DNA of 63,998 nucleotides, the filler included, from a bacterium (lineage in GTDB: Bacteria > JALSQH01), in the NCBI GenBank assembly GCA_026985515.1. It is 8 parts of 8 records of this genome, joined end to end, with 100 filler letters (N's around TTAATTAATTAA, not from the genome) between each part and the next. Parts side by side here need not be neighbours in the genome. Positions count along the whole stretch, not along the records: positions 15,091 to 29,990 come from JALSQH010000089.1; positions 30,091 to 41,916 come from JALSQH010000091.1; 6 more parts are not named here. One strand, 5' to 3'. The notes beneath the pieces were generated by a model. It was not told where the DNA came from, searched no databases, and saw only the letters and a program-made list of their open reading frames with translations. Shown here piece by piece: positions 21,101-30,893 of this stretch; position 1 is the first letter of the stretch; each line of letters opens with the position of its first letter. The translations under genes and the position numbers were made by a program.

Positions 21101-21586
21101 ATCCCTGTCCAGTCAGGTACGGGGAATAACTGGAGTAAAGTCTCTGTGGGCGGAAGACATGTATGCGCAATTGACAACTCCTACAATCTCTACTGCTGGG
21201 GTGACAATGGATATGGGCAACTGGGACTTGGAAAGGGAAGCGAAGCCGAATACAACACACCGCAGTTTGTTGGCACAGACTTTATTGATGTCTCAGCTGG
21301 TTCCAACCATACCTGTGGTGTGAAACTTGATGGCTCAGTCTGGTGCTGGGGTGACAATTCAGCGGGGCAGGTAGGTGCAGGGGATATAAACTTAACATAT
21401 TCATCTCCAGTGATGGTTATTGATTCCGGGGGAATTATGGTTGAAACCGGGGAGGGATTCACCTGCGCAGTGCGACAAACAGAATATGACCACTACTCAC
21501 TTATGTGCTGGGGTAATAATTACTACGGTGAGACAGGAAACGGGAAAGGATGGTCCTACCATCCCGTTAAAGTTACGACAAAATAG
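18122..21586 (+). CDS. RCC1/BLIP-II repeat lipoprotein with an Ig-like domain
   Basis: Lipobox FLGC; FECSLDGGEW...HTFSVRSID Ig-like module; 14 repeats of H(T)C...L(W)CWGxNxxGxLG. Confidence 0.9.
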   Translation: MKKVLLFSFIFFIFLGCSENNRKTSMVIIHFPGIERNRIYSGFNPLLEDKEGNEITGIGLAIRTNGKTVKKISTRYQSSVTVELESRKRYIFEAFAWADKDDRESPYIIYSGKTTRYIDQPREEIEIILNSRIHLVKVNFNFGSEKFPRISFVSDFLATETPFIQMLNLQRLKINSLYLPQNFPVKVLAITPEGDRSVQKNLIPSSNLNVDLSRWTSERIQNSYLASLHGSAVKYGKPLLDGIIFLVNQNYLYQPQPLHITELPSIDILAGISESIGEIKNGKYELTNILPGKYYAIFIANKDGSTRVEDIFEGLTSDPLSLGTIYNVKAQYVNLRPGDLVKLETVDLTPPLTYLTRYPTYPKPLTYTGTVSGTSALFEFFSSAEYAIFECSLDGGEWHLCTSPYSVKVDEGIHTFSVRSIDQYGNLGPVVTYSWIVKITKWRTISTGPSHACGVKDDGTLWCWGYNSEGEVGEPGRSFISYPEQISPTIEWVTVSAGYNHTCGIDINGDLYCWGDNSYGELGNGTFENSPYPVKVLSSEKWSDVKAGYLFTCGLTTDNIMECWGDNTSGKLGDGGIEGYRNYPSPVTGPFYWEKFAVGDNHTCAINMNDHTVWCWGKNNNYQLGITTVSYSSSPTRASTRRWLDISASSDHTCAVSEDGSLWCWGYENYFPGDVEFYYGMTQGSTGNPPHKVTDSTDWTSVSCGVHQNCALKNDGSLWCWGRNVRGVLMDLQGNIILTPVQTGTSSWQKISIGDDYICAIKDDGTLWCWGKNNEGEVGTGESGITLYPEYISSKTIDNFALLSAGSSFVIATSYDSSELYGWGKNIDHEIFSYPELLTESPFFMGKITEVSYISSGFNHVCVIAGSSDSLLCWGDNSAGEIGNGITSDSVTSPTTVTSGVFQVSAGAGYTCAIFSDSALKCWGTNNRGQLGTGNTQELHSPTLIGTNWQYISTSKFPWHQSTCGIKTDGSLWCWGDNNWGQGGSGFYSEKITIPVQSGTGNNWSKVSVGGRHVCAIDNSYNLYCWGDNGYGQLGLGKGSEAEYNTPQFVGTDFIDVSAGSNHTCGVKLDGSVWCWGDNSAGQVGAGDINLTYSSPVMVIDSGGIMVETGEGFTCAVRQTEYDHYSLMCWGNNYYGETGNGKGWSYHPVKVTTK

Positions 21587-21617
21587 TACCTTATTGTATC
21601 CATCCAGTTCCCGCCTT

Positions 21618-21646
21618 TTGTGTTATGGCATCAGTTTTGTTATAAT
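21618..21646 (+). promoter_or_regulatory. Putative sigma70 promoter for lon
   Basis: TTGTGT-N17-TATAAT with an extended TG. Confidence 0.55.
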
Positions 21647-21669
21647 AAATAGAAGAAAGAGGTAGTTGT

Positions 21670-24051
21670 ATGTTCAGACACTTCAGACATGATGAAAGGA
21701 AAGTTTTACCGCTTGTAATTCTGAGCAGCGAAATACTGTTCCCACACCGCCACATGGATCTAATCATTCCCGACAGAAAAAATAGACTCGCGCTATCCAG
21801 AGCCACTGAAAGAGATGAGAATGTGGCTATATTTTTCAGAACAGGATTTGAAGAAGATCCTCCTGAAATGATGGGGGTTGAAGCAGAAGTTATCTCTCTG
21901 AGGGAACTGGCAAATGGAAGCTACAGGGTAAATCTTCTTGGAAAGCGAAGAATAATTTTGAGGGATATTTTAAGAGAAGAGGAGTCTCTCTCGGCAGTTG
22001 TTGAACCGATGAAAGAAGATCTGAACATAACCCTTGAAGAAAAAGCAATGTTTCTCAATATGATAGAATCACTCAAGGAATACTCACACCTGAAAGATCG
22101 TGATGTGCCTGTGACTCTGAACAGAAAAGAATGGGCTCCCCCGGCAATGAGTGAAATTATAGATGCCATTCCGGAATTTATGGAACTGGCTCCAGAGAAA
22201 AGTTACCCCCTCCTGAAAGAAAGTAACCTGGGGGAAAGAATCAAAATCGCCTTTGAACTTGTTGAAAAAGAACTGGTAATCCTGAAATTGCAGAAAAAGA
22301 TCAAGGAGGATGTAAAAAAGCAGATCGAGAAAAACCAGAAGGAGTACTACCTAAACGAGCAGTTAAAAGCCATCCAGAAAGAACTGGGGCACTTCGAGTC
22401 CTTCAAAGAAGAGATAACACAGCTGGAACAGAAAATATCTGAAAAGGATCTACCACCCAGAGTAAAAGAAGTCGCACTCAGAGAACTGAAAAAACTCAAT
22501 TCAATGCAGCCCACCTCTGCAGAGGCAACTGTTGTGAGGAACTACCTTGACTGGATACTCTCCCTTCCATGGAAGGAGAAAACCAGAGACAGATTGAGTC
22601 TTTCAAGGGCGAAAAAGATACTTGACAGGGACCATTATGGGCTGGAAAAGGTTAAGGAGAGAATCATTGAATACCTCGCAGTAAAAAAACTGAATCGTAA
22701 GTTCAGGGGAAACATACTCTGCTTTGTTGGACCTCCAGGTGTCGGGAAAACATCACTTGCAAAATCCATTGCAAAATCTCTTGGGAGAAAATTTGTGAGA
22801 ATATCTCTTGGTGGAGTGAAGGATGAAGCGGAAATACGGGGACACAGAAGAACCTATGTGGGAGCTCTGCCCGGAAAAATAATTCAGGGAATGAGAAAGG
22901 CAGGGACCATAAATCCAGTCTTTCTCATGGACGAAATCGATAAACTCTCATCTGACTATCGTGGAGATCCCGCATCAGCCCTTCTTGAAGTTCTGGACCC
23001 CGAGCAGAACAACGCATTTCTCGATCACTACCTTGATATTGAGTATGACCTCTCCAATGTTTTCTTTATCACTACAGCCAATTATCTTCCTGCCATCCCT
23101 CCGCCCCTCAGGGACAGAATGGAGATAATCCCCATTGAAGGTTACACAGAACATGAAAAAGTGGAAATTGCTCTGAGACACTTGATCCCCAAGCAGAAAA
23201 AGGAACATGGACTGGGAAAGGTCAAAATAGAATTCAGCCGCGAAGCCATCCTCAAAATAATCAATGAATACACCAGAGAAGCTGGGGTAAGAAATCTGGA
23301 GAGAGAAATTGCAAAGATTATGAGAAAGATTGCCATGGAAGTTGCCACATCAAGGAAGAAAAAAGATGAGATCCATATCGTTATTGATGTGGACAGCATA
23401 GAAACCTATCTTGGCATACCCAGGTTCAAGAGCATTGGAACAGAAAAGATACTCATTCCCGGCATCGTCAACGGACTTGCCTGGACCGAATATGGAGGAG
23501 AGCTTCTCATAATTGAAACCACCATCATACCCGGCAGCGGTAAGTTGACCCTCACGGGGAAACTGGGAGATGTGATGAAGGAATCCTCTCAGGCTGCCCT
23601 CACCTACATCAGATCCATATCGGAGGAGCTTGGTATTGAAGAGGATTTTTATAAAAAGTATGACATTCATGTTCATGTTCCAGAAGGGGCAGTACCAAAG
23701 GATGGTCCCTCTGCAGGTATTGCCATTGCAATCTCCATTGCCTCTGCTCTCACCGGCAGGGTGGTTGATTCACAAATAGCAATGACAGGGGAAATAACTC
23801 TCAGGGGAAGGGTGCTGCCAGTAGGAGGAATAAGAGAAAAACTGCTCGCAGCCCATAGAGAACACATAAAGAAGGTAATTATACCCGCTGAAAACATCCC
23901 TCACCTGGAGGAAATTCCCGATTTTGTCAAAGAAGAGTTAACCATCATACCTGTGGAACACATGGATGAAGTGGTAAAAATCACTCTTGGAAAAGAGATT
24001 GTCAGGTCACTAATCGTTGAATCTGAGGAAGAAAACAACCTTTTTCTATAA
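21670..24051 (+). CDS. lon: ATP-dependent Lon protease
   Basis: DHYGLEKVKERI, GPPGVGKTS, FLMDEIDK, PKDGPSAG catalytic Ser, GGIREK. Confidence 0.97.
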   Translation: MFRHFRHDERKVLPLVILSSEILFPHRHMDLIIPDRKNRLALSRATERDENVAIFFRTGFEEDPPEMMGVEAEVISLRELANGSYRVNLLGKRRIILRDILREEESLSAVVEPMKEDLNITLEEKAMFLNMIESLKEYSHLKDRDVPVTLNRKEWAPPAMSEIIDAIPEFMELAPEKSYPLLKESNLGERIKIAFELVEKELVILKLQKKIKEDVKKQIEKNQKEYYLNEQLKAIQKELGHFESFKEEITQLEQKISEKDLPPRVKEVALRELKKLNSMQPTSAEATVVRNYLDWILSLPWKEKTRDRLSLSRAKKILDRDHYGLEKVKERIIEYLAVKKLNRKFRGNILCFVGPPGVGKTSLAKSIAKSLGRKFVRISLGGVKDEAEIRGHRRTYVGALPGKIIQGMRKAGTINPVFLMDEIDKLSSDYRGDPASALLEVLDPEQNNAFLDHYLDIEYDLSNVFFITTANYLPAIPPPLRDRMEIIPIEGYTEHEKVEIALRHLIPKQKKEHGLGKVKIEFSREAILKIINEYTREAGVRNLEREIAKIMRKIAMEVATSRKKKDEIHIVIDVDSIETYLGIPRFKSIGTEKILIPGIVNGLAWTEYGGELLIIETTIIPGSGKLTLTGKLGDVMKESSQAALTYIRSISEELGIEEDFYKKYDIHVHVPEGAVPKDGPSAGIAIAISIASALTGRVVDSQIAMTGEITLRGRVLPVGGIREKLLAAHREHIKKVIIPAENIPHLEEIPDFVKEELTIIPVEHMDEVVKITLGKEIVRSLIVESEEENNLFL

Positions 24052-24072
24052 AACAAAACAACGGAGGTCATC

Positions 24073-24831
24073 ATGTCTGGACACAATAAATGGAGTTCTA
24101 TTAAACACAAAAAAGCAAAAGAGGACGCAAAAAGGGGAAAACTTTTCAGCAAACTGATAAGGGAGATTCAGGTTGCAGCGAGGATGGGTGGAGGAAATCC
24201 TGACACCAATCCCCGCCTCAGAGCAGTCATTGAAAAGGCTAAAGCTGCCAACATGCCTCAGGAGAATATCATAAGGGCAATTAAAAAGGGAACCGGAGAG
24301 CTGGAAGGTGGAGCAAAATATGAGGAGGTCATTTACGAAGGTTATGGACCCAACGGAGTGGCAGTAATGGTAAAAGCTCTGACCGATAACAAGAGAAGGA
24401 CTGCTGCTGATGTCAGACATATCTTCTCAAAATATGGTGGCAGCCTGGGTGAAACAGGCTGTGTTTCCTGGTTATTCAATGAGAGAGGATACTTCCTCTT
24501 CAACAAAGATGAAGTTGACCCTGATCAGGTAATGGAGATAGCCCTTGATGCGGGAGCAGAGGACATAAATGAACCTGAAGACGACAATATTATCGAAGTA
24601 ATCACAGATGTAAAAGACTTTGAAAAAGTTAAAAAAGCCTTTGATGAAGCTGGAATCAAGTACACCAGTGCCCAGATATCAATGATTCCTCAAACACAGG
24701 TGAAATTGAGTGGAAAGGCGGCTGAACAGATGTTGAAACTCATGGAGGCTCTGGAGGAACTGGATGATGTTGATGAAGTTTATGCAAACTTTGATATTTC
24801 CGTTGAAGAGATGGAAAAGTTAGCATCATAG
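24073..24831 (+). CDS. yebC: YebC/PmpR family protein
   Basis: [38 protein letters not shown]. Confidence 0.96.
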   Translation: MSGHNKWSSIKHKKAKEDAKRGKLFSKLIREIQVAARMGGGNPDTNPRLRAVIEKAKAANMPQENIIRAIKKGTGELEGGAKYEEVIYEGYGPNGVAVMVKALTDNKRRTAADVRHIFSKYGGSLGETGCVSWLFNERGYFLFNKDEVDPDQVMEIALDAGAEDINEPEDDNIIEVITDVKDFEKVKKAFDEAGIKYTSAQISMIPQTQVKLSGKAAEQMLKLMEALEELDDVDEVYANFDISVEEMEKLAS

Positions 24832-24836
24832 TGTAA

Positions 24837-25307
24837 ATGAGGATTTTAGGCATAGATCCTGGAACAAAAATTGTGGGACTGGGGATTATAGAGGTAAAAG
24901 ATGGAAAGATCAGTTATGTTCACCATTCTTCCCTTGACCTGAGAAGGGAAAAGGACAGCAGAAAGAAGTTAGTCCAGGTATTCAGGAAAGTTTCAGAAAT
25001 CGTTACTCAATACAGGATAGATGAAATTTCCCTTGAAAAGGCATACAGTGGAAAAGACTATCATGCATCTGAACTGTTAAACCAGGTTCGTGGAATTATT
25101 CTGCTGATAGGGGGATTGAAAAACATACCAGTTTTTGAATATCCTCCCGCAAAGGTTAAAAGAATTGTAACCGGTAATGGACGGGCTGAAAAATTTGAAG
25201 TTGCCAGAATTGTTGAATACACTCTCTCCCAAAAGCTTGATGGAACCCACGATTCCACCGATGCTCTTGCTCTTGCTCTCTGCAGATACTATGTCTCAAA
25301 GGAATAA
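24837..25307 (+). CDS. ruvC: Holliday junction resolvase
   Basis: ILGIDPG, VFEYPP, TGNGRAEK, DSTDALALA. Confidence 0.94.
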   Translation: MRILGIDPGTKIVGLGIIEVKDGKISYVHHSSLDLRREKDSRKKLVQVFRKVSEIVTQYRIDEISLEKAYSGKDYHASELLNQVRGIILLIGGLKNIPVFEYPPAKVKRIVTGNGRAEKFEVARIVEYTLSQKLDGTHDSTDALALALCRYYVSKE

Positions 25308-25310
25308 AAT

Positions 25311-25907
25311 ATGATTGGTTTTTTAAGAGGAAGAATCCTTGAAATACAAAGAGACAGGATCCTGATTGATGTGGGTGGAATTGGATTTGAAGTTAAGGTC
25401 CCCCTCAGATTGATTGAAGAGCCACAATTCTCAGAAGGTGACACAATTGAACTTTACATCCACACTCACTTTTACTCACAGGAATTTAAATTTGAGCTTT
25501 TTGGGTTTGAAACACCTGAAGAAAAGGATCTTTTCAGAATCCTGGTATCAGTTCCCACAGTGGGTACGAAACTGGCTCTTTCCATTCTCTCCACCTTTTC
25601 ATTTCCGGAACTGGCCACTATAATTTTAAGTGGGGATGCCGATGCTCTTACCCGTGCCAGAGGTGTTGGAAGAAAGGTGGCGGAGATGTTAATAGTTGAA
25701 CTCAAAGACAAGATAAAGGACCTTGGTGTTGAAGACATTAAAAACCTCTCCATCCTCAACGATGTTACAGCTGCTCTGAGATCCCTTGATTATTCAGAAA
25801 GTGAGTCGAGAAAACTTGCCAAAAAAGCTGTAGAGATAAAGGGTGAAAATGCCACCCTGGAGGAATTGATAGCCCTCGCAATTTCTCTTGGAAGGGGAGA
25901 AAGATGA
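25311..25907 (+). CDS. ruvA: Holliday junction branch migration protein A
   Basis: MIGFLRG, DVGGIGFEV, LFGF, HhH motifs (VGTKLA, GVGRKVA). Confidence 0.94.
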   Translation: MIGFLRGRILEIQRDRILIDVGGIGFEVKVPLRLIEEPQFSEGDTIELYIHTHFYSQEFKFELFGFETPEEKDLFRILVSVPTVGTKLALSILSTFSFPELATIILSGDADALTRARGVGRKVAEMLIVELKDKIKDLGVEDIKNLSILNDVTAALRSLDYSESESRKLAKKAVEIKGENATLEELIALAISLGRGER

Positions 25908-26893
25908 GTGATTACAATAAATTGAGGCCCACAACTTTTGATGAGTATGTCGGTCAGACGGAAATTAAAAAAAACTTGAAAATTGCCATACAGGCCGCCA
26001 TGGAACGGGGAGAGACCCTCGAACATATTCTGCTCTATGGACCTCCCGGACTTGGCAAAACCACCCTTGCCATGGTTATAGCCAGCGAACTTGGGGTTGA
26101 TATTATCACGACAACTGCTCCTGCCATTGCACAGAAAAAGGATCTTGCTGCAATTTTAACCTCCATTGAGAAGGAGGGAACTGTACTCTTTATTGATGAA
26201 ATCCACAGACTCTCCAGAGTTGTGGAAGAAATGCTCTACTCTGCCATGGAGGATTTCGTACTCCATATTATGATAGGCGAGGGAGCAGGAGCGAGACCCA
26301 TAAGAATCCCGATACCACCCTTCACCCTCATTGGTGCCACCACCCGTGCAGGTAAAATCAGTTCTCCCATGAGAGACAGATTTGGCATGTCTTTCAGACT
26401 TGATTACTATGGTGTGGAAGAATTAATGGAGATTCTTTTCAGATCAGCCACCATCATGAATGTGGAACTCACAGAGGGAGGAGCGAGGGCAATTGCTGAA
26501 AGATCCAAGGGAACTCCCAGAATTGCAAACAGACTTCTCAAAAGGGTCAGGGATTTTGCCCAGTTGAGAAATAACAACATTATCAATGAAGAAATAGCCC
26601 TTGAAGCCTTTAAAGAACTGGGCATTGATGAACTTGGACTTACCAGAGAAGACAGGGAGTATCTGACAGCCCTTGTTCATAAATTCAATGGAGGACCTGT
26701 GGGAATTGATTCAATTTCCACCGCCCTCAATGAGGAAAAGGACACCGTTGAAGATGTAATTGAACCATATCTCATGAGAATTGGTCTTATTCAGAGAACT
26801 CAGAAGGGGAGAAAGGCAACAGCAGTGACTTACCGCTACATGGGACTACCGGTGAAAGGTCAGGGAGAACTTTTTGATGGAAAAGATAGTTGA
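25904..26893 (+). CDS. ruvB: Holliday junction helicase B
   Basis: LRPTTFDEYVGQ, GPPGLGKTT, FIDEIHRL, GATTRAG, GTPRIANRLL. Confidence 0.97.
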   Translation: MSDYNKLRPTTFDEYVGQTEIKKNLKIAIQAAMERGETLEHILLYGPPGLGKTTLAMVIASELGVDIITTTAPAIAQKKDLAAILTSIEKEGTVLFIDEIHRLSRVVEEMLYSAMEDFVLHIMIGEGAGARPIRIPIPPFTLIGATTRAGKISSPMRDRFGMSFRLDYYGVEELMEILFRSATIMNVELTEGGARAIAERSKGTPRIANRLLKRVRDFAQLRNNNIINEEIALEAFKELGIDELGLTREDREYLTALVHKFNGGPVGIDSISTALNEEKDTVEDVIEPYLMRIGLIQRTQKGRKATAVTYRYMGLPVKGQGELFDGKDS

Positions 26894-29345
26894 GATTTTG
26901 ACCAGTTTCTACGAAAAGTTGCTTGATATTACCGGTCAGATTCTCCCATGGATAGAAAGCAGAGAATACAGAAGTTATGTGGTGGCAGGAGCTGGCATAG
27001 CCTTAATTTTTCTCCTCTACAGGTTGTTCCTCTCAGGGAGCAGGAAGAAAAATTTCACTCTTCCCCCACCCGGGAAACAACTTTCAAAAAGGGAGAAAGA
27101 AAAATACAGGAAAATAGCAGAAGGACTCGTGAAGGAGGGAGATATAACAAAAGCAGCGGACATTTACAGAATAATTGGAGAGATTCCGAGAGCTGTGGAA
27201 CTCTATCATAAGAGCGGAAAAACAATCATGGCAGCTCAACTGGCATCTGAGCATAACCTCAATGAATCTGCTGCCCTTCTCTATGAAAAGGCTGGAAGAT
27301 TCATGGAAGCTGCAGAAGAATGGGAGAAAGCGGGAAACTACCAGAAAGCGGTGGAAGCCTATCTCAAAGAAAAGAGTTTTGTAAAGGCAGCTGAGCTTCT
27401 CAGCAGAATCAACCAGCATGAGAAAGCTGCCGAGGTGTATGAAAGAGGAGAATATCTGGAGAAAGCCATAGAAGAATACATAAAGGCAAAGAATTACAAA
27501 AAGGCCTCTCAACTGCTATACAAAGTTTACAGAGACGAAAAGAAGTCCCTTGAGTCTCAGCAATCAATGAATCCCAACAGGATAAAAGACCTCAAAAAAC
27601 TTGCACTGAAGACAGCCACATATCTGGAGCTCGCCGGAGAGTATGAAAGGGCAATGGAAATGTATGAAGAGGGGGGGAATTACGCCAAAGCGGCGGAAAT
27701 TGCAGGAATTCTTGATATGTGGGAAAAGGCAGCAGAGTATTACCACATGGCTGGCTTACCCCTCAAGGCAGCAGAAATTTACGAAAAATTGGGGGATAAA
27801 AAGAGAGCTGCCCAGATCAGGGCAGAGGTTTATGAAAAAGAAGGTGACGAACTTTCTGCGGCGGAGAGTTATCTCCAGAGTGGAGATTATCTTTCAGCTG
27901 CAGAAATATTCAAAAGACATGGAAAATACTCCAGGGCTGGAGAACTCTACCTGAAAGCTGGGGATTATGCCCTTGCCGCCGATATGTTTGCCACAGATGG
28001 GAAATTTGAAAAAGCAGCGATGAGTTACGAAAAGGCAGGGGATTACCTTGCCGCGGCAGATATGTACAGAAAGGCAAACAACATTAAAAAAGTTATAGAA
28101 ATGTTGATAAAGGGCGGGCAAATAGTTGAAGCTGTCTCTCTTTCTTCAAAAAGCGACACCCTGGAAAATGCCGTTAAACTTCTTGAGCAACTTAAAGGGA
28201 ACTCCGAAGAGCTGACAGAAGCTGTAACTGCCGTTTTGAAAGTTTATCTTGAGAGAAATCAATGGGAAGAGGCAAAAAAAATATATGAAAAGTACAATCA
28301 AATAGAGGTCAGAAGGAACAATCTTGACATAATGTACACCCTGGCAGCAAGATATGAAAAAGAAGGTGATTACGAAAAGGCATTCGATATATACAGAAAA
28401 TTCATTGATAAAAAACTCTTCTACAAAGATGTGAAACAGAAATATGAACTCCTCAGAGCGAAGCTGGAAACGAAGAAAATAACCGGGGAAAAAAATCAGG
28501 AATCATCCTCTGAGTCTCCCGGAGTTCAGAAGGGAAGAAAAAGATACCAGATTCTACGCGAACTTGGAAGGGGAGGGATGGGAGTGGTTTATCAGGCTCA
28601 CGATACAGTACTTGACAGGATAGTGGCACTGAAGGTTCTCCCCCTTTCTCTGAGATTGAATCCCATTGCCATTGCGAATTTCAAAAGTGAGGCGAAGAAG
28701 GCTGCCGCCTTAAATCATCCGAACATCGTGACAATATATGATTATGGGGAAGATGATGGAGAATACTACCTCGTCATGGAATACATAGATGGAATCACAC
28801 TGAGGGATTACATAAAAAGGAAGGGAAGATTAAATCTGAAGGAGGTCCTCTTCATAGGGGTAAGTGTGGCAAAGGGCCTCGCCTATGCTCACAGATCAAA
28901 CCTTATCCACAGAGATATAAAGCCGTCCAACATTATGATAAGTATCAAAGATAAGGAATGGAGAGTTAAGATTGCGGACTTCGGACTCGCAAGAGCATGG
29001 CAGGATACAGCTCAGCACCAGACGATGGTGGTTGGTACTCCATACTACATGTCTCCAGAGCAATTTCTTGGTGAGAAGGTTGATGAAAGGAGTGATATTT
29101 ACTCCTTTGGAGCAACTCTCTATGAAATGGTTACTGGAGAAGTACCATTTAAAAAAGGGGAGATAGGATTTCATCATGTCCATACCCCTCCCACCCCACC
29201 AAGTGAAATAGTACCAGATGTTGACAAGGGACTGGAAAGAATAATCCTCAAGTGCATGGAAAAAGATCCAAACGATAGATTTCAGAATATGGAAGAGGTC
29301 ATAGCAGCTTTTAAGGAAATCAGAGGAAGGATGTCAAAATCATGA
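26877..29345 (+). CDS. Membrane-anchored Hanks-type Ser/Thr kinase with a long 13-aa helical-repeat solenoid
   Basis: N-terminal TM helix; AAExYEKAG-type repeats; kinase motifs LGRGGMGVVY, VALK, HRDIKPSN, DFG, GTPYYMSPEQ, SDIYSFG. Confidence 0.93.
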   Translation: MEKIVEILTSFYEKLLDITGQILPWIESREYRSYVVAGAGIALIFLLYRLFLSGSRKKNFTLPPPGKQLSKREKEKYRKIAEGLVKEGDITKAADIYRIIGEIPRAVELYHKSGKTIMAAQLASEHNLNESAALLYEKAGRFMEAAEEWEKAGNYQKAVEAYLKEKSFVKAAELLSRINQHEKAAEVYERGEYLEKAIEEYIKAKNYKKASQLLYKVYRDEKKSLESQQSMNPNRIKDLKKLALKTATYLELAGEYERAMEMYEEGGNYAKAAEIAGILDMWEKAAEYYHMAGLPLKAAEIYEKLGDKKRAAQIRAEVYEKEGDELSAAESYLQSGDYLSAAEIFKRHGKYSRAGELYLKAGDYALAADMFATDGKFEKAAMSYEKAGDYLAAADMYRKANNIKKVIEMLIKGGQIVEAVSLSSKSDTLENAVKLLEQLKGNSEELTEAVTAVLKVYLERNQWEEAKKIYEKYNQIEVRRNNLDIMYTLAARYEKEGDYEKAFDIYRKFIDKKLFYKDVKQKYELLRAKLETKKITGEKNQESSSESPGVQKGRKRYQILRELGRGGMGVVYQAHDTVLDRIVALKVLPLSLRLNPIAIANFKSEAKKAAALNHPNIVTIYDYGEDDGEYYLVMEYIDGITLRDYIKRKGRLNLKEVLFIGVSVAKGLAYAHRSNLIHRDIKPSNIMISIKDKEWRVKIADFGLARAWQDTAQHQTMVVGTPYYMSPEQFLGEKVDERSDIYSFGATLYEMVTGEVPFKKGEIGFHHVHTPPTPPSEIVPDVDKGLERIILKCMEKDPNDRFQNMEEVIAAFKEIRGRMSKS

Positions 29346-29569
29346 TGGGGGGAATTGGTAAGTTCCTGATAATAACTGGAATTATTCTGATTCTTTTCGG
29401 TCTCATCATCCTTCTGGGAGATAAACTCCCTGCTCTTGGGAAACTTCCGGGTGATATCCACATTTCGAAGGGAAACTTCCACTTTTACTTCCCCCTCATG
29501 ACCTCTATTATTCTGAGCATTGTTCTCAGCATTGTTATCACAATAATTGCAAAATTACTGAGCAAGTAA
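29342..29569 (+). CDS. DUF2905 family small membrane protein
   Basis: GKFLII...LGKLPGDI...FHFYFPLMTSIILSIVLS signature. Confidence 0.88.
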   Translation: MMGGIGKFLIITGIILILFGLIILLGDKLPALGKLPGDIHISKGNFHFYFPLMTSIILSIVLSIVITIIAKLLSK

Positions 29570-29570
29570 A

Positions 29571-29990
29571 ATGATCTTCAGAAAAAAGAAAAAATACGAA
29601 TTTCTTCCTCTTGAAGCAACTACAAAAGAGGGGAAAAAGAAGCTGAAGAAAGCTGAAAAACTTGAGAGTACAGGCCATTTTAAAGAAGCCGCTGACCTCT
29701 ACAGAGAAATCTCAATGTTCTCCGAGGCAAAGGAGCTGTATAAAAGAGCGGGAGCATACAGAGAACTGGGAGATCTTTTGCTTGAAGAGGGAGACAGAAT
29801 CGCCGCTGCATCCTTTTACGAAAAAGCAGGGGACAAGGCCCTTGCCGCAAAACTCTACGAAGAAAGCGGCAAATATCTTCTGGCAGCCAAACTCTATATG
29901 GAGACAGGTGATACTGTTCATGCTGCAGAACTTTTCTACAGAGGTGGAGAATTTCAAAAGGCGGGGGATCTCTTTTTCCGCAATGGATTA
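29571..29990 (+). CDS. 13-aa helical-repeat protein, N-terminal fragment
   Basis: AASFYEKAGDKAL/AAKLYEESGKYLL repeats like those of the upstream kinase; truncated by linker. Confidence 0.8.
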
Positions 29991-30090
29991 NNNNNNNNNN
30001 NNNNNNNNNNNNNNNNNNNNNNNNNNNNNNNNNNTTAATTAATTAANNNNNNNNNNNNNNNNNNNNNNNNNNNNNNNNNNNNNNNNNNNN
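29991..30090. other. Artificial contig linker
   Basis: N-run with TTAATTAATTAA. Confidence 0.99.
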
Positions 30091-30890
30091 GCCTCTTCCT
30101 TTGATCTCATGGAAAATGTTTTTCCCCTTGCTGCATCCCATAGTCTCGTTTCCTGAACCACTTTTTCACCAGACTCAATCAACATCACCTGCCGCTCAAA
30201 TTCATACTGCAGGGCTTTCTCAATATTGTGAAAGGAGTTCATATTCTTTATTTCAGTTTTTGTACCCAGTTCATCTGAACCCTTTGGCCTGACCGAAATA
30301 TTGGCATCAACCCTCATGGATCCCTCTTCCATGTTACCGTCACTGATACCCAGATACCTAACAATTCTTCTGAGCATCCTTGCATATTCAGCCGCTTCTT
30401 TCGGAGATCTTATGTCTGGCTTGCTCACAATCTCAAGAAGAGGGACTCCCGCTCTGTTGAAATCCACGTAACTGTTTCTATCTCCACCCTCTCCATGGAT
30501 AAGCTTACCTGCATCCTCCTCCATGTGAATCCTTATCAAACCAACCCTCTTTCTTTCTCCATCAAGATCAAACTCCACATATCCATCCTCTGCAATGGGA
30601 AGTTCATACTGACTTATCTGATACCCCTTGGGAAGATCAGGGTAAAAATAATTTTTCCTGGCGAAAACGCTCCTCCTGTTTATTCTGCAATGGGTGGCAA
30701 GGGCAAGCCTTATGGCATAATCCACCACCTTCTTATTGAGAACGGGCAAAACACCCGGCATTCCCAGACAAACAGGACACACATTGGTGTTGGGAGGTGC
30801 CCCAAACTTTGTACTGCAGCTGCAGAATATTTTTGTTTCAGTGAGCAACTGGACATGAACCTCCAGACCTATTACGGCTTCATATTCCAT
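30091..30890 (-). CDS. gatB: Asp/Glu-tRNA amidotransferase subunit B, N-terminal part
   Basis: [46 protein letters not shown]. Confidence 0.96.
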
Positions 30891-30893
30891 TTT

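Noticed and set aside
19450-21560. Recurring TGGTGCTGGGG DNA motif suggesting a CRISPR array or DGR repeats
   Set aside because: It encodes the WCWG core of RCC1 protein repeats in frame; spacing is ~150 nt with divergent flanks, and no cas or reverse transcriptase gene is present.
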